A DNA stretch of 64,000 nucleotides from NCBI GenBank assembly GCA_964304625.1, contig OZ199839.1, positions 1,738,093 through 1,802,092 of the forward strand. The letters run 5' to 3'. Of the stretch, positions 23,771-37,600 are shown one piece after another (position 1 is the first letter of the stretch; every line of letters begins with the position of its first letter). The notes below the pieces were generated by a model. That model did not search any database and had not been told where the DNA came from. It worked only from the letters and a program-made list of their open reading frames with translations. The translations under genes and the position numbers were made by a program. Source of the stretch: Kudoa neothunni (Eukaryota > Animalia > Cnidaria).

Positions 23771-25969
23771 TCAATCCCCAATAAAAATTTAATTTATGAC
23801 TCACTTTCTTTTTCTAAAGTTCTACAACGAAAGAAATCGCCTAGCCTGGATAATGCTAAAAAGAAGATTAATTTTATATAGATGTTATTGAATATTATAT
23901 TTCACCTCAGTAAACTTCCCTATTTTAATAATAAATAATGTATTAAATTAAAAAACGACAAGTTCCAATTTTAATAATTAAACATGCAATATTTAATACG
24001 ATAATTTCAACATTTGTCCGGAATATTTGTTTTCTTGTAATATTAAAAACAGAATCCAGAAAGTAACAATGAAAAATATGAAGTTAATTTATAATTTTGT
24101 AATAATAATATTAATCAGGTATTTTTAAAAATTAATGATATTTTATTATTAGTTTATGAATTTTCTCGATCATTTTTCTTTTTAAAGCACTCTGAACAAT
24201 TATATATCTTCAGTATTCTTCTGAACCGAGAGAAATAGGTTGGTTTGTGGGAATTTCTTAGACTTCGAAGGAACTTATGAACAATTCTAATTTTATATTT
24301 TTCGTCAATCGAATAAATGAAGCTATTATTTAAATAATATAATTTCACCTTTATTTAATTTTATCGAAATCGAACTACAATTGGCATTGAATAAACACTA
24401 AAAAATGAGAATTGAATAGTTTTAGCTCTGTTGCATGATATGTATTGGTTTCGTGATGGTTATTAGTCATCGTGTTACTTTTGGAGTACATTCTTTTAAT
24501 AGATATTAAAACTAATCATAAAAATTACGAAAATTTATCTTTCATTGTATTATATTTTAACTGTGAATAAAATAAGGGGATGTTAACATGAAACCACTCA
24601 CTAATGTTACTGTGAGCTGGAATTTCTTAAAGAACTGCATATAATTTTTCATATTTAATAAAAAGTGGTCATTCACACGATAAATAATATTAAGTTATCA
24701 TTACTTTTGACATTATTTAATATTTCTGAGCCTCTAAGAGTGAAGAAAGGGGTCTAAAATAATTTAATATAACTGAATTTAAAATATAAAATTTTTATAC
24801 AGTTCGTGAATAAGAGTTTTATGATTATAAAATATGTCGGCGTGTGCGCCCATGTTGTTTCTGATTAAAATTTTTCATGAAAATAGCCTCTATTTTTAAC
24901 ATATTTATGGAGATACATACACAATGTAAAAGCTTTACTTTTATTAAATTTTTCATTAAATATTATTGTACGTAAAATAATTAATACTGTTAGCATATTT
25001 CCGTTGATAATCGGAATAATTGATGCTTAGACTATACTTTTCTGATAAAATATTATTTTTATCGAAAATCTATGATCATTATGTATAAAATATTATTTAA
25101 ATATCCTAAAAATTGTTTGAATGTCATTTTTTATAATAATATATCTAGTTGAATAATTATAACGAATTTAATGAACATTTAACATGCGCCTAATAATAAA
25201 AATTAAGAATAAAATAAAGTATTTGTTCGTATACTACATTTATACTCTATATTAAATTTATTAATAATACATTTGGTTCTTAATATTTTAGTATATATTA
25301 TATAACAAGAAAATGTGTGAATAAATTGGACAATATTTATTCTGACGTAATGAAGTGTATTTTAATCACAAGATAATGATTTAAATGCGCATCTTATAGA
25401 TTATAAATTTTGTTCATTGTATTTTATTGCAACACTTTATCCAGCAACACGATAAATCCACCCATTTACAACGATTTTTAACCATGTTAATTTTAAACGT
25501 ACCTGATCGGTTAACTTGGAAAATTTATTAGCACAAAAGGAAATATGTACAGATATTTTATTCATTCGGAAAAATCAGTGAATTATCGAAATTCCCATAT
25601 ATTTAGATTCTAGATAAGACTTCAACCTACGCCTTTCTAATTTCATATAAATACTTAATCTTAATACAAAAACAGGTTACTGATTTCGTAAATTGCCATT
25701 TGCAGACTTTATTTTTTATCTAATGAAATTAGAATACCGACCATCCTGTCTAACTAATTTTAATCCCTCATGAGTGTGCATACTTGGCGCATGTGTATAT
25801 TTTGAGCTCAGCACTTGCGGACTAATGTTATTTTTACGCAGAAACGATAAGAACTTTATATTATAATTAAACGTTCATCCGATTATTATATTTTAAAATG
25901 ATTACAAATTTTAATAGAAAACACTCAACAACAAAAAATACGGAAAATTCAGTTTTAATTTAAACAGTT

Positions 25970-26581
25970 CTAACTGTTAGATTTGTAATCGGATTTTCCA
26001 CCAGTTTTTTTCAGCAATCTTATATCGGTGATAGATATCTCGTGACTGAGATACTTACACATATCGTAGATGTTAAGTGCAGAAACACACACCGAGGTAA
26101 GAGCTTCCATCTCAACACCAGTGGTTTCTTCCGAAGCTTTTACTGAAGCTTCGACGTGGATCAAACTCTTTTCATAATCAGGCACAATATCAACCTGCAC
26201 ATTTGAAAGTTTGATAATGTGGCAGAGGGGTAGAATTTCAGGAGTTTTTTTGGCTGCCACAATTCCTGCCAACTGAGATGTAACAAATATGTCTCCTTTT
26301 TTGATTTTGCCATCTTTGATCTCTTGCATAACTTTCGTGGGTAGTTTGATGATAGCTCCCGCGATTGCCGTCCGGTTTGTTGGTGTTTTCGTAGAAATAT
26401 CGATCATCGAAACTTTGTTAGATGACAATTTCATTGTTTTATTTGTCATATAAATCTTCAAACCACGCTGACATCGGACTTTTCGCATATGAGATGCAAA
26501 CAATAACATAGCAACCGTCTTGTAAAACTTTAGCCTCAATGGAGTGGTGAGATGGTGCTCACTTTGAATCAACACGCGCAT
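25970..26581 (-). CDS. MOCS1B: Cyclic pyranopterin monophosphate synthase MoaC (MOCS1B); intronless; real start probably Met at 26509 or later
   Basis: MIDISTK..TNRTAIA, AGIVAAKKTPEILPLCH, TGVEMEALT, LNIYDMCK, KTGGKS. Confidence 0.95.
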   Translation of the reverse strand: MRVLIQSEHHLTTPLRLKFYKTVAMLLFASHMRKVRCQRGLKIYMTNKTMKLSSNKVSMIDISTKTPTNRTAIAGAIIKLPTKVMQEIKDGKIKKGDIFVTSQLAGIVAAKKTPEILPLCHIIKLSNVQVDIVPDYEKSLIHVEASVKASEETTGVEMEALTSVCVSALNIYDMCKYLSHEISITDIRLLKKTGGKSDYKSNS

Positions 26582-27170
26582 AATATTTTTGAGCTTAGAA
26601 TTGAGAATTTAATATTCTAATATAATCCAAAAAATATTTATATTAAATATTTTCAACGAATGTTGTGTTAATTTTTACAATATAGTCAAATTAGTTCTAT
26701 CGAACTATGACTGCCAGGGAGATTCAAGCAGATATAAGGATTTAATAAAAACTATTTTAATTTCTAATACCCAAAGAGATTTTTGATACCAATTCTTTTC
26801 ATTCATTTGATATTACTAAAATTTTTCCTCTTCGAAAAGAGGGATAAATGATTCAGGTTGCCTTTTTTTCGGCGCGAAATTTAATAGCAATTTGACCGGT
26901 CACTGCTTGGTGCAACTGCTCAGTAAGTTGTTATTTTCTAGGTTATCGTGTTATTTATACTGATTAATTTAATTATCTTATATACGCGTTACCAAGAATC
27001 TATTCTAATACTATATCATGATAGAGGATGTTCTTGCTGAAAATAATTTATAGATAAAAAGATAAAAGTTAAACTCTGAAACTAACACGATTCCATTAAA
27101 CACTGACAGAAAAAATACAATAATTAAAAAAACTACTACAAACATAAATAATAAAAAGCAACGTTAAATT

Positions 27171-28679
27171 TTAGCCTCCAATAAGCACCATTGGCCTCTC
27201 AGATGAATGCTCACTCAGGTTTTTCAAACCATTGTGTTGGAATTTTTTCATTTTCAATTGATCTGCTATAAACTTTCGAGCAACTAAATAGTCATTCAAT
27301 AAAGTTTTTTGCCAAACTAAATTATTCATAAAAATACCCTCATCTCCTTGAGATAATAATCCTACAATCGATGATTTCGATTTAGCCCCAAATAAGCATG
27401 TCTACAATAAAATTAATGTGACTTTCTCATCAACCACTATACACAGATTTACTTGCAAACAACCATCTGCCGCGATCCTCAGGCGATCGCAATCACCACA
27501 AAAGGGTTCACTTACGCTTGCTATAAAGCCAACTTTCACTTTAGAATTAGGTAAACTAAAACACTACACAGAATGCAAAATAACATCAATCAATGCATTA
27601 TATACGAACCTTGGCAACTTTAGACGGATTGTTGCAGGGTATAGGTGTAAGAGATCCAAAATGGCATTCTATAATCTGTTTAACATTTTTGGCTGGGAAA
27701 AAGAAATTCTTGAAATTTCCAGACGTCCCTACAGCAGTATAATCATCAATGTTATTTAATCGGATCACCAAATGAAAGTGCAATTCTCTTACCGAGAAAA
27801 GGCATAAATTCTATGAATCTAAGTTCAATATCCTATTTGAGAAATCATTAAAATTTAGTTGAGAATGTCAATCAAAGCAAATACTTCATCGTTGAAGTAT
27901 TCCACAAATGTTACGATTTCATCTGCATTAACTGTATTCATTACGACAACATTTACCTGTATTTAATTATAAGAAAGATAAATTTTCCCCATCACCCACG
28001 AAACTCACTTTAATGGCATGAAAATTATATTTAATGGCTTGCTCTATCGATTTAAGAACATTATGTAACCCTATTAGTCATGTTTTCCCGAATCTCACAC
28101 CAAATTAAGCGGTACCATTCGTTTTAGTGATTTTAGCGTAACGCTTGGAATCTAATGTATCTAGACTGATGTTGATAGTGTCTAATCCTGCAGCGTGTAA
28201 CTCATTTATAATTCTGTGCAAAATAATGCCATTGGTTGTGATCGAGAGATTTGATAGCCCAAGAGGTTTAAGGGAATTAAGACTGTCTTCAAAAATGATA
28301 ATTAAAAATGGGAATTATTTCTTTTCTTAATCAATACCACAAATTTTTACGATATCTTTTCTGATCGTTGGTTCACCACCTGTGAGTCTTATTCTAGTGA
28401 TACCGTTTGTGACGAAAAACCTGGAAATTTTTGTGATATCATTGATACTCATTAGATTTTTATTCGCCCGATTATCAGAATGGATCAAATTTTTTAGAAT
28501 AGACTCCTCGGGCATACAATATACACCTAAATATATACGGATATAATTTTAATCAATCAACTAATTGAAATATTACAGCGTAAATTGCATGAGTCAATTA
28601 ATGACAACCTCAAATATGTATGATTTCTCCCGAAGGCGTCACACATCATTGAATTAAATCTCTGATGTATTTTTAGCAT
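27171..28679 (-). CDS. MOCS1A: GTP 3',8-cyclase MoaA (MOCS1A), radical SAM, multi-exon
   Basis: [27 protein letters not shown] (CxxxCxxC), RLTGGEP, ITTNG, NISLD, RFIEFMP, PFCGDCDRLRI, TCLFG, and C-terminal RPMVLIGG*. Confidence 0.95.
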
Positions 28680-29099
28680 GATAAACTGAGATTAAACGAC
28701 AGAAAAGTCGATATTTTTTCACATGCGTGAATCATATGCGCGTCCAAATAAGGAATCTGGATTTGTACATCTGAATTACAAAAATTCAATCAGCTACTCA
28801 AATTTTAATCAATAACAAATGTTTCTTTCACTGCTGACACACAAAAAAAGAAACAACGTCCTAACATCTCTGTTATATCAGTGAATGGTTTAATTTTCGA
28901 TATCAAAAAGGGGAAACTAAAATTAATAAAAACGCCCACAATTGAGCAATATCAATATTCGCAATAGTGCATGCGCATGAGAATCAACAAATTTTTTATT
29001 AAAGCACATTACTTTTTTATTTTTTTTTAAATAATTATTATGCTTTCATAGATTAAAACAGCGTCATGAAATATTGACAATTTCAAACTCGGGTTGGCT

Positions 29100-29350
29100 T
29101 ATTTCTTCTAGAATTTTGGTTGTTTTATTTCTATAAATTGTATTTTATGAGCTACATTGCAACATTGGAATTCGACCAAAAATTTTGAGTCAGAAACCCT
29201 TTTTGGTTCAAAGACATATAGAGAATTTATTCAGAACAAATCCATTTAGAGCGACAAACATTGAAGAAAAGATATTCTAGAAGAAGAGTCGCTGAATCAA
29301 TTTGTACGTCCGCCATCGAAGGAGAAACTTTTGTAATCTATCGTATGACA
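29100..29350 (+). mobile_element. Possible hAT transposase fragment
   Basis: ..HWNSTK.. and ..TSAIEGE.. resemble hAT TRWNST and ATxxLEGE; heavily decayed. Confidence 0.25.
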
Positions 29351-29479
29351 ACCAAAAAATATTTATTCTGTATTTCATTTTTATTCTTATTTATTTGTTA
29401 TATTTTATAAACACAAGGTAAACATGTTTTTTCATAAATAAATAAATAAGAATAAAAATAGTCATTTATTTGATGCGCG

Positions 29480-31320
29480 GTAACGGATTAAATAAATTTT
29501 CATTATTCTGCAGGAGGAAAAATTATTCGGAGTTCGAATATACTTTTAGAATGGATCATGGTCGTAATCTAAGGTTGCACTGTGTATCACCGTCTGCAGT
29601 TCCTGATCACTTATATTTTTTCATTTCCCCCCGAAAAATTTTTTGTTTTGAATAATTTTGGAACCAATCATTTATTTATCAAAAATAGTGAATAAAATAC
29701 AGATACAGTAATGTAATGTAAGGCGCGAGGCGACTGTTCGCCAAGTGTGCGAAACAAAATAAATGTAATAAACTATCGAAATATATATTTTTTGACGGAT
29801 AATTTAATCAAATTTCCAATTATAAATTATTGTAATGGATTCCAAAAATAGATTTCCATATTATTTATCATATTGGGAGAAAATATTTTCAATTTTTTAT
29901 CTGTAATTTGAATTCTTAGTATTTGGGTGACCCAAAATAATTTATTTCCTGTTCCACTAAATTTTGGATTTCCTTAAGTTTAGACATGAAAGTATCAATT
30001 TAGAATGAAATCGACTGAATCTTGATGCGAAATGAAGACGAAATAGTTCCGCTGCATTCGTCGCAAGGTCAATGTCATACATAACTCGAAAATTGGCATT
30101 CCATGAATCAATCGGATTCTTGTTGTAAATAAAAATTACTTTCAAAATGATTAATGAATTTTAGCAGTTGACTATTTTTGAAAGTTGTTGCTCTGGGTTT
30201 TAATTTATTGAATTCTTGCTCAACGTTTGAAATTGGAAGAAAAGCACTTAATATATAACATAAAATCTAAATTTTCATTATATATTTTTGCTAACCTTTT
30301 TTTAGAATGTTCCTCAAAAAGGTATTGGCAAAGATGAAATTAACAGAAATATATATTGCTTATTTTGGAGGCTTTTCTAAAAGAATCATAGGCAGCGGCT
30401 TCAGAATCTACTATAATATTCTCCGAAAATTCAATCTCTAATTTATCAAATAGGATTCTCATGATCGTATCATAGTCATGTTCGATTTTATTTTCCATGA
30501 GAATACGATGAGAATATAGATTAGAGGAAATATTTTTCCCATGAATTATACATAATTGAGAAAATTCATGGAGCATAACTTTGAAAGTACCATCTGCAAT
30601 CCAAACAGAAGTATTTTTAAGGTGTGTAGGATATTACCGTTGGTCGAAAAAATAATTATTCTTGAGTCAGACTCAAAACCTGAGTCAAAGAGACAAAAAA
30701 TTTCACCTCTCAATGTCGTAATACTTGATTTTGAAAGGTCCTCATTCATAGAAATATAAAATTTTTACGTCTTCCAATGGCTAGAATATTTTTCAACTGA
30801 GTTTTTGGCCATAATAGAGAAGGAGTTGATATTTTTAGAAGTAGTCGTTACTGAGAATACCTTGTTGGTAGAGTACTGGGTGTTCTAGGACAATAATTTT
30901 ATTTTATTCTGAAACAATATGATTATGGGATGAAATAAAATTGATTTTGGTATTATTGTCTAACGGAGAGGTTGTAATTCGGCGTTTACATGCTCGCGTC
31001 TCATATCTCCGGTACTGTTTTATTTTATTGACATGGTCTTTTACATGCAAAAAACTTTTAAATAATATTTTATCATTATTTCTTTTAGTTTTTGGCATTA
31101 TATAGTCCAAAACAGAGGAACCATTTCTGCCCCTTCATAAAACGACATTTTGCGTACGAGCAATGATCGCCGGTGAAAAGTATTTCCGGCGGATGTTCGC
31201 CGTGTTAGTGTATGGATGTAACGCAGAAATGAGAAGATGAAAACCACTGTGTTGCAACCATCTTCGCGCTGGACACATTCGAATATCAAATGCGTTCGGC
31301 AAAAAATAACAGTTTTCCAT
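29480..31320 (-). mobile_element. Degenerate MULE transposon with FLYWCH-like N-terminus
   Basis: Pieces KTKRNNDKILFKSF..CKRRITT..HNH, GEIFCLFDSG..RIIIFST, WIADGTFK..FSQLCIIHG, IIVDSEAA, and WN..RV..D..TNAAE. Many frameshifts; ends approximate. Confidence 0.8.
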
Positions 31321-31399
31321 CGATAATATAATCAATGATAAATTAATTTGAAGCAAAAATTAATTTGTTTACTTTTTCTTATTAAAATACCGTTCTATA

Positions 31400-32400
31400 T
31401 TTTTTGCTTTAAAGAACTTTTCAAATATTGAGTCAGCCATTTCAAGTTCAGTTTATATTATGAAGCGTTGGCAAAATTTTATTTAGAAAGAATTTTCTAA
31501 CTTTTGCCAATCACTATAGTTCCTCTTTGTTTGATATAATAACTTTATCAATAAAATCAGAGTCGTCGTCATCCCTGTCAAAGTCAGGAAGATCTAGTGT
31601 TGTCAAAATTTCAGAGGCGTCGACCGTGTTGCTTTCAAAAATTTCTTCAATCAGCGAAATTATGCCATGTTTAGATTGATCATCATCAGGAACATCATAG
31701 GAATAATCATTTAGTGGATTTTCAGAGAGGAAAATTGATTTCCTAAAGCAGCTAGCCGTTAACACTTAACTATGGTTTCCGTTTTAATATATTCTCATAA
31801 TTTGATTACCAAATGAATTACATCTAACACATTAGTTACAATGTACCACTATCGTGAAATTCGATCTGGATGTATGAATGACGTCATTAGATTTCTTTTG
31901 TGCATCATTTTAAAACTTTAACAATTCCATGATCCAATGGCTGAAGCACACTGGTTGTGTTCGGAAAAAAGTAGCGGTGTTACGATAGACAAACATTGTT
32001 TTTGAAGGTTAAGAAATAATAAAGATTTTTCTATTAATAATAGTGAGTTGCCTACTTTATTTTTCAAGAAAAGATAAAAATGGAACTGGTCATTTAGACT
32101 TTTTTATTATTGTGCAATTTTATTATTTATTGGAAAATTTTTCCATCGCTTGGAGCTTAGCATCTTTATTATATGATATGAACTCGTAGAACTTTATGAT
32201 TTCGAGTTTTTTAGTAATGTAAAGTGATTTGTTTCGAAAATATTGACGCCCCATCCATTAATAATCGCAAAGTTCAGATTATGTGCTGTGCTAGAGTCAT
32301 TTTTGGGTTGGATCCATAAAGTAAATTTTTAACACTAGAAAATTCGTTGTAAACCTATTATTTATTCACAAATGATCTATTTCTTACTGAACTGTCTATT
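31400..32400 (-). mobile_element. Tigger/pogo DDE_1 relic
   Basis: YFFPNTTSVLQPLDHGIVKVLK at ~31910-31975, ETIV..CFRKS, and an acidic tail (ORF 31514-31765). Confidence 0.75.
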
Positions 32401-32721
32401 CAATTTTGAATTAAAACAAAATAGGTAATAAACAAGTAAATTTTTAAAAATTGCGTTGGAGCCATCTTGCGTACGACCCATACATTATTCTATTGAGTTT
32501 TGACACATTAAAACCATTTAAGCAACCAGCGATAAATCTACTATAAACATGCGCGAGTCATTTACATACAAGCGCGCGCACAATTCACCGACGTGAAATC
32601 CCGCTTTCTATCTTTCGAAAAAATTACAAACCTTCTCTCTCTAAAGTGCAATTAATTGATTTGAGATTTCCAAGTTATTTCTAGAAGCGGAAACCATAAC
32701 CGAGACTTTTAGCGAATAAAT

Positions 32722-34690
32722 ATGGACGATGATCAACGGCGTTTAAATAAGCTGCTAGCGGCATTCAATGCGTTTGAAACCAATGGCAAATACAATCAAG
32801 CGATTGAATGTTTGATTCACTCTGCAGAATTAGATTTACTTCCAAAACAAAAATCCAAAATTTACACATCACTTGGCGTACAGTATTACAACAGAAATAA
32901 TCTCCAGGATTCGATGAAAAACTTTGAGAAAGCTGTAGGAATTTTTAGGCATTAATATTATTATTATTTTGAGGATTCACAAATTTAGGTTGATGTTGTT
33001 GGAGCAGTAATTTAATATATCGATTGAGTTTAATTGGTACAGGTTCCCTCATTCTAGAATACATTCAAAGAAATGGTGGATGAGTTTAATATCTGCTGTA
33101 GTTATCTGATAGATATCTATCAAAAAATGGTACGTGAGTTTGGAATTCAGCTGGAAACCTTAATCAATCACACATAATCGTCTTATGATTGATTATAGGG
33201 CTTCAACGACAAGGCTATCAACGTGGCTTCTAATGCCCTATCTATTTTCTCGTTGGATCCAACAGCGATTCCTTATTACAATATTGTTGTGGCCGTTTGT
33301 GTGAGGGAATTCATTTCATTTATGTTTATAATAATATTTTTTAGAGATTGTTAGCGAGTGAAAATAATTTTGCAATGGCACTCGAACACATTGACGCTGC
33401 TATGGAGAATGCAAAAAATTCGCTTCAAGTTGATATGCTGTATTTTTTAGTGCAATCGACTATCACTACGATAAACTTATATATATATATATATATATAT
33501 ATGTATTTGTGTTTATTTGTGTTTATTTGTATTTGATAGGGAAATGTTGTATTTGGAAAAAATTCGAGTACATAAAACATAACGAGTGCTTATTCACTCA
33601 TGTGAATAAAATTTGTTGTAGGTTCTGTTAGAACAGGGAGACCTTTCAGCCGCCATCAATCATCTCAAATCAGCACGTTTTCATGGATCCATCGACTGTT
33701 CATCTAGCACTGTGTTCAGAGGAGCGTATTCCATAAAAATATTTCTCGACTTGCTTGTTCGATTGAACAGTAATAGAGTGAGCTGCTAATTATGTTTATG
33801 CGTTTGGTTATCTTCATCTATGACAATAGATCGATGAAGAAGAAGCTCATAATTATTGTGTCCAAATGGATAATTTGATTGAAAAGCTTAGAACTTCTCA
33901 CAGCGATTCAAGCAGGATTTTTGATGACTGTAACAGCAATTTAATAAAATACGCCCGGCTGGTATACGATATTTAAGCACACCTCAATAAACCCCAAATC
34001 CAATAAATATTATTTAGATGAAATGTGTTGTTATGAAATGTTGCGGCAGTGACAAAAATAATTTATCGAGAAAATATTTGGAAGATTACTCTCATATGTG
34101 TAATTTTAACACACATTAAAGTTAACATTGACTTCTGAAAACCTAATCCAGATTAGTTGTCGCGTCAAATATAGGATTAGTTATTAAAATAGACTAGGCA
34201 GATAAAGACTATATTATTTGAATTTAATAATTTTCGACAAGTCTGGTTTAAAGACGAAGATTTGCTAATGGTAAACTGTAACGAGTTCTGAAGATTGAGT
34301 ATGGCGTAGTTGGCATGAAAACTAATCTGGATTAGATTTTCCTAAAATAAATTTTGATTCAAATTAAATTTGATTTTTGTCGTGGTAAATAATTAACTAT
34401 ATTTGTAATGGTTAATAAAAATATTATTCAAACCTCTAAATTGAGTAAACGCGTTAAATTAGAAATAATTAGTTTTCGTGCACGTTTAATAATTAGTAAT
34501 TTTTTCGTGTTACCCGCCCAAATAAATCCCTTATTTATGTTAAAAATGATGTTTCTTTTGTGAATGTTTTTTCTAGATCAACCATTACTCCCGACAGATT
34601 CAACTTTGTTCGACAGCGCTACGCGCAATAAAACCCCAGATAATGAAAGCACCTCTGAACATAAACAATGAAGCATACAATAGAATTTAG
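32722..34690 (+). CDS. MAU2/Scc4-like cohesin loader subunit (TPR), multi-exon, apparently short
   Basis: LLAAFNAFET..KYNQAIECL....L.PKQKSKIYTSLG..YY..NNLQDSMKNFEKA aligns by eye to MAU2 LLGFAEHFRT..KIRLCVHCL..PP..EARTHLQLG..LY..TKN...ARSHLEKA. Later exons include YLIDIY, LLASENNFAMALEHI and VWFKDEDLLM. Last exon 34577-34690 is tentative. Confidence 0.55.
33478..33501. repeat. (AT)n microsatellite (intronic)
   Basis: Direct reading. Confidence 0.9.
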
Positions 34691-34696
34691 AACTGA

Positions 34697-37600
34697 CTAA
34701 TTGTTATTGCTGGCAGGTGCAGGGGGCCAATTCAATTCTACGTCCTAAACAAATATATTAATATAGTTTTGTACGATATTTTTATTAAAACTGTGTTCCT
34801 ATCTCGCGCATACCTGTACATCTAGAGAGAGAATATCACATTCGACACCAGTTAAAGTAGAAAGAGAGGGATTGGTTCGATTCATGTCACCATGAACAAA
34901 TTCTTTGATATACCTTGTAAATGTATAAGAATGAAATTTCGAAAATATTATTACTTACGTCCCAGATTGAGTTTTCAATTGAAGAAAAAATAAAAATGGA
35001 TTTTGAGTTGAGGGTGTGATTTTCATAGTGTAAATAGTTCTTTGGCGGACACATGCTATTCTCCTTTACAAAAAATACCATCAATTACAATACTTTTAAC
35101 TTATTGGAGAGTTGATCAAATTAGATTGAAATTTTTAACCGCATATTTAAAGAATAATTTTATTTTTTCGATAAACTTAATTTTTTTGTTTATTTGCAAA
35201 TGCAAGAAATAAAATGGGGGTTTTTTGTACATGTGAGATTAGGGGTAATGCTCTCATTACTCTCCTAACTATGGATTTTTGACTTTGAAATTATAAAAGA
35301 TATAATATTCTAAAACATAAGTTTAAGCTTCAATTGAACAAATATTGTATGCCAAATCTCATTTTTAATCCATCTCAGTAGGTAATCGATAGTACGCATT
35401 TTTGTGGTCCAGAGTAGATTACATATTATCTAGTATGGGCTACCTACTGTTATTAACCTTCCAAGTAACAATTAACCAGATCCCCTCGGAGTATAACTGG
35501 GGTCCATTTGGAACCCAGTGTTTCTTGGGATTTCGTTTAATAATAATGTTTTCTATCAATCTATAAAATTATAACTGTAGGGAATGTTTTTTCGCTAATA
35601 ATTCCTCGTTCTGTTTTCTCAAACGCATGGGCCTCACTGCAATGTTCCTATATAAATAGGACAATAGAATATTTTAAAATGACTGATTCTGGAATTCGTT
35701 GGTAGCTCCATAAACACATAACATAGATGCTGGATCTACAATAGGAAAAATATTGAGCCATATTTTGCTGGATTATTTTTATATAGGCAGTGGCTATTAC
35801 CACGGGAATCAATTTCTCTGCAATTGTTATCTCTATTAAATAACTAATTTAACATTACTATTATTTATATTTTTCTCTACTAAATTATGAAAAATAAAGA
35901 AATTTGAGATGGTTGTAAATTTATGTAAAATAGACGGTCAGAAACATAAATGTTAGCGAATTTAATAGACTAAAACAATATTGACGTTGAATTAATTATA
36001 AATATTAATCATTTCTAAATTATTGCTTTGAGCCATGCAGTGTAAACATAACTCCACGTGTTTCACGAGTTTGGTTGAACTACAATGAGTGATTCGAATT
36101 CAGACAACTTTCATGTTGGAATGAAATTTGAAACTTTTGAAAGTTTAAAATCTTATATTCAAGAGTATGAGAAAAGTCATTTTGTGAATTTAAAGATTCG
36201 AGATTCAAGAAGAATTGACTCAGTGTAAAACCGGGTTAATCGAAATATTAAAAACACGCCAATGTATTACGAAATAACTTATGTATGTTACTTTGGAGCC
36301 CATTATCGAAATAGAGTTAAAGGCGAAAGCATAAGAAAATTTCCCTTAAGAGAAATTGCCCATTTAAAGTTACATTAAGAGTAAGTGTAGATGGAAATTT
36401 CCTGGAGATTAGATCTTCTAACACTACCCCTAACTATCCAAATGATCCATGGATCTATGAAAACTTACCCAGTCAGAGGAAATTAAACCAAAGTGATGGC
36501 TATTTGTCAGAGCTTCTTTCTCTCAGAACGAGCAAAAAACTCATACAAGCCAAGTTAAATGGCGATTCAGGCAAGAATATACCTTTGAAAGCTATTCACA
36601 ACATTAAAAAAATCTCAAAAGTCGGATCTGATAACATTACTTTAGTTGTGGAAATTTTAAAAAATCACTAATACTGCATAGTGAGCGTTTTATTAGGTGA
36701 TAATAAAAATGTTTGTGGAATCTTTTTTATGGATAAGCAGATATTCAACACAATTAATTTCTTCCCAGTTACCCATGTTTGATGCAATCTATAAACTGCT
36801 AGTCTCACGGTAATCTTAGGAGGTTTTCTCTATTTCGTTGTTTTATTAGTTTATTAGTGCGCCATTGTATCTGTCTGTTGCAGAAGACTCGGTTGGTGAA
36901 GCCCACATAACTAGCGGCTGCATCTTGTACGATGAAACGGCGGAGTCAATTAAATGGTATATTTCTAAACTAATAAAAATGATGCCGAACATGACTCAAA
37001 ATGTCCGAACGATCATTACTGACAAGCACCACACTCTAAGGAAATGTTTGAAAGAATTATTTCCTAACCCCAATCTAATGATCTGTATATTTCATGTTTC
37101 TCAAAGTTTCAGACGTGAAATAACTATGTCGAAATACGGTATCACACGAGAGAAAAGGGACCAATTGCTTGAAACTCTTAATAAAATTATCTATTCGAAA
37201 AATAAACATGAATTCGATAAACTATGCAATAACCTTTTTTAACAAAGCAACGATAAGTTTATTAACTATTTTAAATCTAATTGGGAACCAATTGCTGATG
37301 AATGGGTCATAGGATTAAGTGAAACACATCATTTCTATGAAAACTTGACCAATAATAGATTAGAAGCCATTAATGGTCAATTAAAACAAACGATAAAGAA
37401 ATTTTCAAATCTTAATGATTTTTTTCCGTTATTTCTTTGACGCTCTCAAATCAATGAAAATAGAAAGGAAATACAATATAACCAAAATATTACTGAACCC
37501 AGTTAATTTTGATACCTCAAATGAAGTTCTAAACGCGTATTTTAATCATTTAAATCCATTTGCCTTCAATATAATCCACAAACAAATTCAAAATTTTGAC

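Noticed and set aside
24154-24348. 64-aa ORF with CSEC, possible piggyBac CRD scrap
   Set aside because: Too short and decayed, with no supporting TIR or upstream motifs.
25970-28679. moaA-moaC adjacency as a bacterial operon, HGT or contamination
   Set aside because: MOCS1A has multiple spliceosomal introns, and A-then-B adjacency is the known animal MOCS1 arrangement.
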